From assembly GCF_001194135.2 (NCBI RefSeq), contig NC_068997.1, positions 4,676,936-4,740,935 on the forward strand: 64,000 nt of DNA, written 5' to 3'. Positions within the stretch are counted from its first letter, which is position 1. Every line of letters begins with the position of its first letter. Shown here piece by piece: positions 24,774-38,540 of the stretch. A program made the translations under genes and the position numbers. The notes under the pieces were generated by a model, which saw only the letters and a program-made list of their open reading frames with translations, was not told the origin of the DNA and did no database searches. Source of the DNA: Octopus bimaculoides. Taxonomy: Eukaryota.

Positions 24774-25589
24774 CTGCAAAACATTAGCCAGAATGTATGA
24801 TGGTCAGAGAGCACTGTAGTTGAGCTCCTCCTTCTCCTCTTACTCAAACTATTTTCATAATTAATAAATTAACAAACTATCACAGAGGAGCCTCTATAGA
24901 TTTCCTTGACTTTCTAGTGATAACAGCCAACTTTCCCTTCAACCACACCCTACCATCTTAAAACAAACAGGAACAACATATTAAAAAATAGCATCCTAGG
25001 TACCATTAAAATGACTAGAAGGTCATGGATGGAGCATCTTTGAGCACAAGAGTTCTTGATCAAGGCTGATCAACAACTACCAAAAACAGGACACAAGTGT
25101 GGTCCTGGATACACTATGTCTGAAAAAATAAGCGGTGATGACCTTAGTTGGAATGTCTCTGATCAAAGGTCTCCTGAGCAACAACATAAACAAATAAGCA
25201 TCAAATTTACTTTTTTCATTCCATACCAAATTTTAACGTGTTAAATGTTAATGATCAAAGTGCTAATGAGTTAAGAGTTAATAAGTTAAATGTTAACAAG
25301 TAATAATGACTTGTCTTAACAAGTTAAGTATTAAGGAACTAAGTGCTAATGATTTAAGTGTCAACTAATTAGTGTTCATGTATTTAAAGCTGGGAACATC
25401 AAACCTTAATTAGAAATAGTTGTGTGGTGAGAGAATTACAGCTTTAGCTCAATAGCTGTTATGGTTTTAATTATTCCAGCAAGTGTGGGAGACAACTATG
25501 TACATGTTCCAGTCTTTTTAGACCTTCCCAGCAAACCATAGAAATTGTCATACTTGCTGGATTAATAATGAGAGAACCACTAAATAAAT

Positions 25590-25995
25590 ACATATATAAT
25601 ATTTGTTTCAAATTTTGGCACAAGGCCAGCAATTTTGGATGAAGGGTTAAGTCAATTAAATCAACCCCAGTGCACAATTGATGCTTATTTCATCAATCCC
25701 CAAAAGGATGAAAGGCAAAGTCAACTTCAGCAGAATTTGAACTCAGAGCATAAAGACGGATAAAATACTGTTAAGCATTTTGCTTGGCATGCTATTGATT
25801 CTGACAGCTTGATGTCCTTGATCCAAATTTTGGCACAAGGCCAGCAAGTTTAGGGGAATGGTTAACTCAATTACATCAACCCCAGAAAACAACTGGTACT
25901 TATTTTATCAATCCCAATAGGATGTAAAGCAAAGATAAACAAACTGCTGCTAAGCATTTTGCCTGGCATGCTAACAATTCTACCAGCTTGCTGCC
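25590..25995 (-). mobile_element. Two tandem SINE B copies
   Basis: Duplicated caaattttggcacaaggccagc...gcattttgc.tggcatgcta blocks. Confidence 0.8.
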
Positions 25996-26212
25996 TTAAA
26001 TACATGCATAATATTGCTCAGCATAACAGTATGCTGAAAATTAACATATTTATGAAAAATATTATTGTAATAAGTTGCTCAGAGATGCCATCAGCATGGA
26101 AAACACAAGTGATCATTTTATTTAATGCTGTGGTATAAAATCTCTAATTAAAAATAATTATGTTGTATGGAAAAGACTAATTTTATTTTAATAATTTCAG
26201 CAACTAATTTCA

Positions 26213-26610
26213 GGCACAGATATGGCTGTGTGGTTAAGATGCTCGCTTAACAGCCACATTGTTTTGGGTTCAGTCCCACCATGTGGCACCTTGGCCAAGT
26301 ATCTTCTACTGATCAAGCCTTGTGAGTGAATTTGTCAGAAAGAAATTGTGTGGAAGCTTGTCGTGTGTGTGTGTATGTGTGTGTGTGTGTGTGTGTGCAT
26401 GTGTATGTTTGTGTTTGTCCAAACACCACCACTTGACAACTGATGTTGGTTTGTTTACATCCCCATAATGTAGTGATTTGGCAAAAGAGACTGATAGTCC
26501 CAGACTTTAAAAATAAGTACTGAAATCAATCAGTTTGACTAAAACTTTTCAAGGAGGTGCCCCAGCATGACCACAACCAAACTGAAACACATAAAAGATA
26601 AAAGATATAA
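26213..26610 (+). mobile_element. SINE A
   Basis: Head, core, (TG)n and tail. Confidence 0.8.
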
Positions 26611-26720
26611 AAGAGACCTAACTCTGGACATGTTTAGGTCTTATTAACCTTCATCTGTAAAGTATAGACTTATTGGTCATTGTAGATATTTCATGATTTC
26701 TTTAATTTGTCTCATTGCAG

Positions 26721-26804
26721 GGAATATAATTTAACTTTTATCTGAGATCAACCAGCAATGAGTAGCAGAAAACATTCTTTCAAAAAGCCAACCACCTCAA
26801 AATG
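26721..26804 (+). CDS. Candidate exon with start codon at 26758 (MSSRKHSFKKPTTSK, phase-2 end)
   Basis: Acceptor ttaatttgtctcattgcag and donor ATG|gtaaga. Confidence 0.4.
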
Positions 26805-26914
26805 GTAAGAATATTTCATATCTGTAAATGATCAGCACCACATGATGGCACTGGTGGGGAAAAAGAAGAATGGTGAGAAAGTTTAGGTGTGTTTACACTT
26901 CTTACATGAGACAG

Positions 26915-27530
26915 ATTCATCATCATTTAACATCCATTTTCCATGCTGGCATGGGTTGAATGGTTGACAGGAAGTGGCCAGCTGAGGAGCTGCCTGGGCA
27001 CCGTGTCGGTTTTGGCATAGTTTCTATGGCTGGATGCCCTTCCTAACACCAACTAATTGACAGAGTGTACTGGGTGCTTTTATGTGGCACCAGCACTCAC
27101 AAACCCACAAGATTAGGATCACTCAGCTAAAGAGGAATACAGGGGATGTGTCTTCTCAAGCACAGCAAACCACCAAAAGTCCTGGTCCCTTGTCATCCCC
27201 TCTGTGAGGCCCAACATCTGAAGATCCTTTCTCACCACTTCATTCCATGTCTTACTGGGTCTACTCCTTCCACATGTTCACTCCACAATTAGAGATTGGC
27301 ACTTCTTGATGCAGCTGTCCTCATCCAAAGGCATCACATGACTGTACCAGTGCAGTCTTCTCTCTTGCACACTACATCTGATGCTTTGTACACCCAGTTT
27401 TTCTCTCAAATCATTTATACCTTGTCGTATGTGCTCTTGCAAAGGAATAAACATCACAAATTCACCTCATTTAAAACTCCATACCTAAGACAAAATTATT
27501 TAGTGTCCAAGCATTGCTGACTTGTGTTGT
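26915..27530 (-). mobile_element. RTE-LINE 3' end (ORF C-terminus plus UTR)
   Basis: Homologous to 31717-32750 in reverse. Confidence 0.8.
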
Positions 27531-29740
27531 TGTGTATTGGACAGATTTCACTATCAACTGAAATCTTTGTGAAGATTACTCTGCTGCCTTCTTTTGCTGG
27601 AATGAGCAAGTAATTTACTTCTATCCAGTGGTGTTTTTTAGTTCCCCCTCCCCTTCAAAAAAATATTGTACTATGGACAGGCACTTTCCTCTTCAGCTAA
27701 ACCTTCATCATCTTGGAGAAGAAGGTTAGAGCAGAGAAGGATATGCTGCCTTTCAGTGAATTTGCTGAAATCTGAATGAAAATGGGCTGCATAAATGGGC
27801 CGACTCTCATTATGCACCTATAGAACACATCTGGAAGATGACATGCTGCCATTGCCAGGGAGAGTAATCCAGCATCTGTAAGTCTACCTGACTGAGCCTA
27901 GATATCATCACTAACCCCTATATTGGGCCGGTGGTTCATTTCTTTTTCTATACTTTTATGTTTTTATTCCTTTTTTTTCTCATTGGCATGGCTGTGTGGC
28001 TTAGAAGCTTGCTTCCCAACCACACAGTTTTGGGTTCAGTCCCATTGAGCAAGTATCTTCTACTATAGCCCCAGGCTGACCAAAGCCTTGAAAGTGAATT
28101 TGGTAGATGGAAACTGAAAGAAGCCCATCATATGTATGTGTATGTGTTTGTCATTTCTCCTATCAACAAACCATCTACTGGCTTTGCACCTATGAAAATG
28201 TGTGAAATGAGAAATCCCTTACTTGAAAAAAGGGTAAGGTTTTTGGTAGCAGGAATGTCTGACTGTTTTAAAACACTGTCTTAATGATACATTCATCTAA
28301 TCCATGCTGGCATGGAAAAAACTGGCATAAAAACAAATGAATTCTATGTAAACCCTGAACATCTTTATAAACATTGGGTATTAAGACAAATAGAATGGGC
28401 TTGCATTATTTGTTCCAGCTCTTTCTGTACCCTGGGTTCAAATCCCATCAAAGTCTGCTTTACTTTTCATCCATATCATCATCATCTTTATGTAACATTC
28501 ATTTTCCATGCTGGCATAGTTTGGTTGGTTTAATAGGTTCCAGTTAGCCACAGGACTGCATCATGCTCCATGTCAGCTTTGGCATGGTTTCTATGGCTAA
28601 ATGCCCTTCCCAATGCCAACCACTTTACTCATTTTTGGAATAAATAAATGAAGTACTTGTCAAGTACTGGGACCAGTTCATTCTCTTCCCTTTCTCCCTC
28701 CCTCTGTCTTTCTGTCCTTCTCTCTGGAGAGGGTTAATACTCTCATCTCTTTTCCCACAGACTCTGCGTTTGCTCTTTGACTGAGTTATGTCAATCATCA
28801 CGTTTATCAAGTTCTTTTTCTTTTTGTTATTATTATTATCATCATTATTATTTGCACTACAATCATGATATTTTTAACCTCAAAAGTTGTTCCCCAATGA
28901 AACATAAGAAGTGAGTCTCTGATTCCAACATGCAAATTTATTTAGACCTATCTGCCTGATTAACATCATCATCATCGTCATTTAACATCCCTTTTCCCCT
29001 ACTAGCATGGGTTGGATGCTTTGACAAGAAAAGATGAGCCAGAGGGCTCAGCCAGGTTCTATGCCTGCTTTGGCATAATTTCTATAGCAAGATGCCCTTC
29101 TTAACATCAACCACTTAATAGAGTGTACTGGGTGCTTTCTATGTGGCAGCAGCACCAGTGAGGTTACCAAGTACCCATAAAATATAATTAAGTGGGGTAT
29201 AGACTGGAGAAAGAAACTATGACAGAGGGAGGGGAGCAGGTGTCACTAATTATTTATGTGATTAAAAATTTTTGCTGAAACTATTAATTAACTGATTCAT
29301 ATTTCTGACTGTATTTACTGTTTTTTGCCACTACCAGTTGTTCTCAAATATGTTTTTATGTAAATCTATTCTTCTACATCTCTACTACATCTCTATTACA
29401 TGTTTTTTTTCCTTTCACCCAAACTTGAGGAAGAAAAGCTAATGTTACCCCAGCAGGATCTAAACTTAATATACAGAGATTATGAAGCAAAGCAACTATT
29501 GTAGAAATAACTAGAGTATAATGAGCAAAGGAAATTACCCAGAGTCATCGTCTACTCAGAAAATAACCAGTTATGTCAGTGCTAAAATATGTTAACACTG
29601 ACTTACATATATACGCAATGTCTTTATAAATAAGCAACATTGACAGAAAGAAACATTACAACACCATAATGTTACAATATTCATTACTCAGACACACCAT
29701 CCATATAAAAAAAACAATAGTTAAGTTAGCATCTATATAT

Positions 29741-30189
29741 TTAACCCTCTTGTTATTATATTTCTGTTGAAAAATATAAGTGACAGAATTAATTAATATT
29801 AATACTGAAAGGTAATATTTATCTCCATTTAAATGTGGATGTTCTGTTAAAACAAACTATACTGTGGTAGATACCATGACAGAAACTCTCATATAAGCCA
29901 ATATGAGTGTTATTCTCATGGATCTACCACAGTAGAGCTTGTTCCAACAGAACATCCATGTTTAAGTGGAGATGAATATTTCTGTTTAAGCACACTGCCT
30001 TTGCTTCACTTAATTTTGAAAATAATAAAGAATTTAGTAAGGTATCTTTGTCATTATTAATCTGGTGTTTGGAACATAAATTAGCATGAAATTTTGATGG
30101 AAGGTTTTAATTTAGATCAGTTTGAAACAGGAAAGTTTGTATCATAGAACTAGGAGCAGTTTCAGGTCAGTTGGTATCAAAAGAGTTAA
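29741..30189. mobile_element. piggyBac-like MITE (TTAA-CCC..., ...GAG-TTAA) carrying a palindromic insert
   Basis: TTAA at both ends with short inverted termini. An 11-bp direct repeat atatttctgtt at 29758-68 and 29976-86 brackets the insert. Confidence 0.65.
29814..29980. repeat. ~167-bp imperfect palindrome
   Basis: Arms 29814-29894 and 29901-29980, e.g. actgtggtagataccatga / tcatggatctaccacagt. Confidence 0.85.
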
Positions 30190-30506
30190 TGTTGGAAGTA
30201 TAAATGATAATATAAAAAGAAACTAACAATAAACAATTATGCAGTGAGGAAAAACAATTTTAGTCATTGATTAACATTGTTTTAATTAACTGGCAAGTCT
30301 CCCATACTTACTGAATTAATTAGAATTAATTAAAATAATATTAGTGGAGAGGGCAGTGAATAAGCAGAGCTGTTAGTGTTGGATTGAATGTCTTGTGATA
30401 CTTATTCCAGCTCTCTGCTCTCTGAGTTCAAATCCTGTTGAAGCTGACTTTGTCTTTTATCCTTCTGGGGTTAATAAATACAGCACCAGTCAGGAACTGG
30501 GATTGA

Positions 30507-30578
<72 letters not shown>

Positions 30579-30618
30579 NNNNNNNNNNNNNNNNNNNNNN
30601 NNNNNNNNNNNNNNNNNN

Positions 30619-30676
<58 letters not shown>

Positions 30677-31329
30677 TACTATTTTGTGTCATAAGGCTCA
30701 CTCTTATTGACCCTTTTCTCCAGAAATAGGGAAAGTCTGAGTGAGGGGACAGCAACCACTTCCCATAGAAAAAACTGTTGTGGTAACTGGAACCTTCTAA
30801 AGATGGACTGATTGAACAGAGTTAACGAGAAGAATAATAACTAACATTGTTTCTATCTCATTACATAATCAAGAGGACAAATTGGCAAAGTCATTAAAGT
30901 GTCAGCTGAATTACCTTGCAGTATTAGTTTCAATTGTCTGTGCTCTGGGTTCAAATCCTGCAGTAATCAGCTTTGATCAACAATTTTAGTCATTGATTAA
31001 CAATTTTAGTCATTGATTAACTTTTAATTAACTGAGCAAGTTTCCCGTACCAGCTGAATTAATTAAAATGAATTGAAATAATATTGACAAAGAAAGCAGT
31101 GAATTGTCAAAGTTATTAGTTTTGGATCAAATGTCTTATCTCTGTGTTCAAATCCCTTCGGGTGTCTTTAAGGTTCAATAAATAAAATTACCAGTGAAAT
31201 ACTGGGGTCAATTTCTTCCTGTCAGTCCCCATCTCTTGAACTATCTATCTGTCTGTCTATCTATCTCTCTATCAATTTATCTATCGAGCACATTAAAGGG
31301 GCCATGTTCACCCGCAAGCCCATCCAATC

Positions 31330-33990
31330 ATTTCATCACATTTCGATGGTCCCTCTATTTCTGCTTTTATAACAGAGCTTTTGCACCTTTGTTGACTTCC
31401 ACTTTGGATTATGTCTTCTCTTTTAAGCTTTTCAGAGTATTGAACATAACATGGTTTTTCTTTCCATTTCTTCTTTAGTATGTTTTGCTATTTCTGCTGT
31501 GTTATTATCTAAATTTATTGTTTCAATATAGTCTGTTTCTGTTTTGAATTTTATCACTTCATTATGTATAGAGAAGAGTTTTTTTTAATTATTTTTGCAT
31601 TTCATTATCACATTTATGAGTCTTCTTTGTTTCTATGTAGTTGTCCAGTTTGGCTGCTGTTATTTTGTAGAAGTTTTCCATTTGTGTCCTCCTGTTCAAT
31701 GCAGGCATATCTCACCTGGATGCGTAACATCAGTGTGCATACACGGCTGAGTGTAAGCACCCTGAGAGAAAAGTTGGACATAAGAAGCATCTGATGTGGT
31801 GTGCAAGAGAAATGACTGCGCTGGTATGATTATATGATGCATATGGATGCGGACAGCTGTGTGAAGAAGTGTCACATTCTAACAGTGGAAGGAACCTATG
31901 GAAGAGGTAGACCCAGGAAGATATGGAATGAGGTGGTAAAGCATGATCTTCGAATGTTGGGTCTCACAAAAGCAATAACAAGTGACCAAGACCTTAAGAG
32001 ATATGCCATGCTTGAGAAGACCCATCAAGCCAAGTGAGATCGTAGTTTTGGCCAGTGCCAGTGTTGCATAGCTGGCCCGTTAAAAGCACCCTTCAATCAT
32101 TAGATGATATGTTGTGCTTGTGAAGACCTGTCGAACCAAGTGAAATCACAGTTGTGGCTGATGCCAGTGCCATCTGACTGGTGCCCATGCTGGTGGCACG
32201 TAAAATGCACCATTTGAGCATTGGGCCTCATGGAGGCAGTGATGTCAAGCCAAGAGAGATCATACTCATGGTCAATGTCAGTGTCACATAACTGGCCTGT
32301 TAAAAGCATCCTGCAATTGTTGAATGATACGCTGTGTTTGTGAAGACTTGTCAAGCCGAGTGAAATTGTAGTCATGGCCTGCCAGTGCCATCTGACTGGC
32401 ACCTGTGCTGGTAGCACATAAAAACCACTGTCCGAGCGTTGAGTGTCATGGAGGCAGTGACAGATGACCAAGACCTTTGGCGATATACGATGCTAATGTA
32501 GAGCTGTTAAGCCAAGTGAGACCATAGTTGTGGCTGATGCCGGTGTCAGTCAATGACACCCATGCTGGTGGCATGTAAAAAACACCCACTACACTCACGG
32601 AGTGGTTGGCATTAGGAAGAACATACAGCCATACAAACCTTGCCAAATCACAACAGAACCTGGTGCAGGCCCCCAGCTTATCAGTTTTCAGTCAAACCAT
32701 CCAACCCATGCTAGCATAGAAAGCGGACGTTAAATGATGATGATGATGATCTGCTTTGGAATGGTGGCTACTGTATGCTGTTTGTAGTTTCCTGTTTTTT
32801 TATCCATTTTTTTCAATTCACTCAGATTCCAGTTTATTGTTTTGAAGCTGTAGTATATGACTGATATGGCTAGTATATTTATGCCTATTATTTTATGCCT
32901 AGCATTGAGTTCATTTTTTAATACTAGCCTAACACAGGGTGACAAGCTGACAGAATCATTAGCAAGCCAGGCAAAATGCTTAGAGGCATTTTGTCCATCT
33001 TCATGTTCTAAGTTGAAATTCCTCCAAAGTCAACTTTGCCTTTTGGTGTCGTTAAAATAAGTACCAGTCAAGCACTAGGATTGATGTAATCAACTTACCC
33101 ACTCCTCCAGAATTGCTGGCCTTGTGCCAAAATTTGAAATCAAAATTCGTTTAACACTTCTATGGTATTCATTCCTAATGTTCTTTTTCATTTGTGTGTT
33201 GTATTTTAGGTGTCTCATCTATTCCTAGGTTTTTTATATGGGTAATTATAATCCAGTTCTCTAATTTCGGTGTCGATATCTACATTTTTTAGTGCTAGCT
33301 CATTTCCCCCTTCTTAATGTTGATTTGACACAGTTGTTCAATTCCATGCTCATTCTTATTCTTTACTAAAATTATCAGGAGGTTTTCTAATTCATTGTTA
33401 TCTTTTGTAAAGATTATTTGGTCATTCATATACAGGATATAGTTTATATTTTGTCCATAACACCTGTGTCCTATGGTGGTTTCATTTTGCAAGTTTCTTA
33501 GAGGGTTCAGAGCAAAGCAGAACAGTTGTGGCAGGGATAGCAAATTACCTTTGAAGATTCCTTTTTATATAAGACTGATTTTGATTATAATCTCCCTGTT
33601 TTTCAATGAAGTAACAGTTTTCCATTTTGTCATTGCATGGCTGATATATTCTAGCAGTGTTGGGCTACCTTATGTGGAGTAACTCCAGTATGAGTGTAGA
33701 GTGATGTCAAAAGGTTTTTGTTACCCAATCCATTCTATCTATAAGTTTGTCTATTTCAATTTTTGGTACTTTAACCTCACATAAAATAAACCTTCACATG
33801 TTTGTTAGTCTGCTGTTATATTTTTCCTTATGGCTCTGTGTTTTTTTTCTCTAAAGTTCATATTTCTCTTTTATGGTGTTTGTGTGTTGCTTTTATGGTG
33901 TAGAGTGTTGCTGTGTAGAATGCGTATAACACTTTGGTCTAGTTGTCACATGTCCAGTGTTCTCTTTTAATTGTTCTTTTTCACCCCTTT
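31330..33990 (-). mobile_element. R4/Dong-like (RLE-type) non-LTR retrotransposon, decayed RT and downstream region, with nested RTE and SINE
   Basis: Frameshifted remnants KRGIF..LS..LFCFALNPL, INYILYMND, VLKNELNARHKI..IN.LA..V.YYSF..INW..ELKKMDKK, QMENFYKIT, KWKEKP..QY.EKLKREDI.Q.GSQQ..KAEIEG. Confidence 0.78.
31717..32750 (+). mobile_element. RTE-LINE 3' end (ORF2 C-terminus plus repetitive UTR plus (GAT)n tail)
   Basis: LREKLDIRSI..LRWY..CVKKC..LTVEGT.GRGRPRK.W.EVVKHDL. Ends gcggacgttaaatgatgatgat with an atct duplication at both junctions. Confidence 0.9.
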
Positions 33991-34086
33991 CAGGGTTGAT
34001 AAATTAAGTACCAGTTAAGCACTGGGGTCAATGTAATCAACGTACCTTTCCCCTGAAGTTGCTGGCCTTGTGCCAAAATTTGAAAC

Positions 34087-34122
<36 letters not shown>

Positions 34123-34340
34123 GACAGAAAGCTGGCAGAATTGTAACTATGCTAGATAAAATGCTTAGCAGTATTTCTTCTGGCTTTATGTCCTGGGTTC
34201 AAATTCCACCAAGGTCAACTTTACTTTTCCTCCTTCTGGGGTCAATAAAATAAGTACTAATCAAGTCCTAAAGTCGATGAAACTGACTAGCCTCCTCTCC
34301 CAAAATCTCAGCTTTGTGCCTATAGTAGAAAGGATTGTTG

Positions 34341-34379
<39 letters not shown>

Positions 34380-35215
34380 GTGGTGAGCTGGTAGAATCAT
34401 TAGCATGCCAGACAAAGTGCTTAGTAGAACTTCATCTGTCTTTACATTTTGGGTTCAAATTCTGCTGAGGTTGACTTTGCCTGTTATCCTTTCAGGGTCA
34501 ATAAAATAAGTACCAGTCAAGCACTGGAGTTGATATAATCAACTTACCCCCTCCCCCAAAACTACTGGCCTTGTGCCAAAATTTGAAAGCACTATTATTA
34601 TTATCATTATCATCAGCAGTGAGCTGACAGAATCATTAACTTGCCAGACAAAATGTCTAGTAGCATTTTATCCATCTTTACATTCTGAGTTCAAATTCCA
34701 CTGTGGTTGACTTTGCCCCTCCTCTTTCCAGGGGTCAATGAAATAAATACTATTGATGCACTGAGGCCAATGTAATTGACAAGTCCCTTCCTCCGAATTC
34801 CAGGCCTTGTGCTGATAATAGAAAGAGTTATTAGCATTGTTCAAAACCTACTGAGATCAACTTTGTCTTTTGTCCTTTTGGAGTCAATAAAATATGGTAC
34901 TAGTCAAATACTGGTGTCAATGTGATTGACTTACTCCTGCCCCTAAGATTGCTGGCCTTGTGCCAAAATTTGAAACCATTGTTATTATTATTGTTAGGGT
35001 GGTGAGCTAGCAAAATCATTAGCACGTTGGGCAAAATGCTTAACAGTATTTCATCTAGCCTTAAGTTCTGACTTCAAATTCCTCCAAAGGTCAATTTGCC
35101 TTTCAACCTTTCAGAGTCGATAAAATAATCACCAGTTGAACAGTGGGATCAGTGTAATCAACTTAATCCCTCCTCTGAAATTGCTGGCCTTGTGCCAAAA
35201 TTTGAAAGCATTATT
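33985..35215 (+). mobile_element. Head-to-tail array of SINE B (4 full plus 2 partial units) with (TAT)n spacers
   Basis: Units start near 34121, 34378, 34612 and 34998. Partial units lie at 33985 and 34845. Confidence 0.85.
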
Positions 35216-36089
35216 ATTGTTGTTGCTGTTGCTATTATTTCAGATCAGATTTATTCTTGGATATTGTTTGGGTGCTGTTGTTGTTGTTGGTGATGTTTTT
35301 AATAATGAAGTTAGGAAACTGAGCTTTTCTCTGGCTTTTCCATATCTTGAAGACAGGAATAAATAAGAGAGATTGTCAGAATCTCTGTAGACATCGTGGA
35401 AGGAGGAGCATGACTTGTTTGACTGATGGAGAGGTCATGGAGAGGGAAAGTGGGTGAGAGGGAAAGAGGGTGGGTGTTGGAGGCTACACTCTTAAAGTTG
35501 TTGCTAGAGGGGGGCAGAGGAGGAGGAAATTAATAATTTTTAATTGATACAACAATGATGAGAAATGTTGATGATGAGAATGATGTTTCAATGATGCTGA
35601 TAATGATAACTGAATGATGGTGATGATGATGAGGAGGAGGAGGAGGAGGAGGAGGATGATGATGATGATAATGATGATGATGATGAATGATGGTCAAGCT
35701 GACTTCGAATGAAAAATATATATAACTAAATAATTAGGAAATTAATGAACTCGCTAATTAGCATCAACATTTTTACTACTGTGTGGCCTTAATGACACGT
35801 ACCCTCTCCTCTAATAATTAGCACGGGTTTGTGTGTGTGTGTGTGTGTCTCAGTGTATCTGCTTGTGTGTACGTGTGTGAGATATGTATGTATCTGGGAC
35901 TTTGTCTCCATATATTTGAGTGTGTTCACACGTTTGTTTCCATAGGTATGTGTGTGTGTGTGTGTGTGTCCTTTTGCCTCTGTGTGTATTTGTGTTTCAG
36001 TGATAACCCTCCTCCCCATCTCTGACTACGTCATAGAAAGGTTTACCACTGAAGGCTTTAGCCTCATGTAATGTACACTGATTTCTCTT

Positions 36090-36750
36090 CTTAGGATTAC
36101 AAAAATAGACCCATTTTTCATCCCCAATTACAATTCAATGCCAAAAATGGGCATCTCAAGTATGTGCCAGCAGTGGTTTACAAATGTTCACATGTTATTG
36201 AACCTGATCATTGGTCAGTCCATGAGGAACTTCTTGACAGCATCTATGCACAAGGCCAAGATTATGGAGGTGTTGCTTGATGGTGTTTTGTGAAAGCCCA
36301 TTTTCTACCAACAATGTATGAGTACTCATGCTTGAATGTTGTTCCACCATTTCAAACAAGGCCTCGTCTTCCACAACAGGTCTCCCTTGGTTTGCCTTTG
36401 AGGCTGGTGTCACTTTCCTTGAAACATCTGAACCAGTTATGTGTCACACATTCATTGCCAGTTCTTGGGCCTTCCACATCATTAATTTCCTTTGCCACTT
36501 TGTCCTTTTTTTCTACTGGTAGCATAAAAATGGCTTTAATTGCAATGTTTTTCCCCACTCATTATTAAATTTTTTAAATAAAAAAATAAACAATTAACGT
36601 TTATATGTTATATATCTGAAAATAAAGAATAAACAATTCAGCAACAACTGGGCAAGTTGCATCAAATTAATGATATAACATAGAGATACAAAAGTTACCA
36701 AAAATCATCATTAAAAATCCCCAAAATCTTTTGTTTCAACTTGTCATATA
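36090..36750 (-). mobile_element. Mariner transposon 5' half
   Basis: AKEINDVEG..NWFRCFKE.DTSL..GRP.VEDEAL..EVPHGLT..IVIGDEKWVYF. Confidence 0.87.
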
Positions 36751-37070
36751 ATAATAATATTCTTACAGAAACATACCCATACACAGTACACAAATAAACA
36801 CATATGTACACACATTTGTTCAAACACACATACATACAGAAGTTACATACACACATGCATATGTACAATTATCCACAGACAATACATGAACACACACATA
36901 ACTATGTAAATATATCCACAAACAATACATATACACACATGCACACACACACTCATGCACATGGATAGACATACATACTAAGAATACATACATGTACACA
37001 TATATAAAGATACGCACCCTCAGTACATACAAACACATACACATATAAACATATGTAAACATACTGACTG

Positions 37071-37155
<85 letters not shown>

Positions 37156-37639
37156 TGCACACACGCATATACAAATATACACATCTATGTAAAAATAACA
37201 GAGAATACTCATGTACTTGTATAAACATACTCACAGATCATAAATTCGCATACATATATTTAAACACACCTGTAGTGCATACATATACGCATCTATGTAA
37301 ACGTACCCATAGACAATACATTTGCACATATGTAAACATACTCACAGACTATAAACTCATACATATACACACACACACACACACACACAGTGTCAGCTTC
37401 ATCAGTTTGACCTTCAAATTAATAGCTCATTATTAGGAATAAATATATTTCCCCTCTCCACCCCTCCCCTTCTTTCTCTCTCTCTCTTCTTCACTGTCTC
37501 TTTTTCATTCAGTATTTGTTTGTCCACTTTGCTTCTCTATGGTTCTGGCTTGAATCCTACTACATACCACCTTGGGCAAATGTGTTCTACTATTTGAGGT
37601 TGACAGTCCCTTGCTATTGGAAACAAGCCACATATACAC

Positions 37640-37812
37640 TACACACATTCTAGCTATCACATTCTCCATGCATCCTCCCCTACTACTAATTTGGTCCCCT
37701 AGGTAGCAGAAATTGTCTACTACCTCTAATGAACCACCTGGGCATTTCAGAGAATCAATTTCTATAGTTTTCATGGATCTTGTACACCTTCCACATATGA
37801 ACACTACCTTAT

Positions 37813-37880
<68 letters not shown>

Positions 37881-38540
37881 CACACACACACACACACACA
37901 CATGCACACACATATACATACATACGCACACACATATGTATACACACATATACACACAAACATGCACACACACACACACACACATCATTATCATCATCAT
38001 TTAATGTCCATATGTCCATTTTCCATGCTGGCATAGGTTAGACAGCTCGACTGGAGCTGATTAGCCAGAGAACTGCACCAGGCTCCAGTCTATTTTCGCT
38101 TGGTTTCTATGGCATACTACAATATTGATCTTTCTTGTGTTAACTTTAAGGCTATTTGATTCTCCTGTTTTGCTTCCACATCTGGGATTTCCTTTTCAGT
38201 TCTGTTACAGTTTCTTTTATGAGAGCAAGATCATCAGTTTATAGTGGCTCCCAAGAGTAGCCAGTCTTAAATTCCTATGTTATGGCTTGGAGGATTATAG
38301 GAGGAGACTGAGTACTGAACCCTTGTGAACTTCTACCTGTACATTAAATTCATTGCTGTACTTGTGGCTAACTCTCACTCTACTGACAACACCTCCATAC
38401 ATGGCTTGTATAGCTCTTCCAAGCCTTTTGTCTTCTCCTATCTTCCTCAGAGATCACCTGATCATAGAGTAAGGAACTCTGTCAAAGGCCTTCTCCAGAT
38501 CGATGAATGCCAAGTACAATAGTTTACTTTCAGTTAGATG
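37640..38540 (-). mobile_element. RTE-LINE reverse transcriptase fragments
   Basis: LYLAFIDLEKAFDRVP..AIQAMY and SLEVVDNFCYLGDQIS.RGGC, split by (CA)n and an RTE 3' tip. Confidence 0.8.

Noticed and set aside
33985-35215. CRISPR-like repeat-spacer pattern (also the 23-bp and 26-bp arrays)
   Set aside because: Eukaryotic context, units are SINEs or degenerate minisatellites, there are no unique spacers and no cas genes.
35230-35720. Ser/His-rich minus-strand coding region
   Set aside because: All frames are interrupted by stops and the composition is explained by (GAT)n/(GAG)n repeats.
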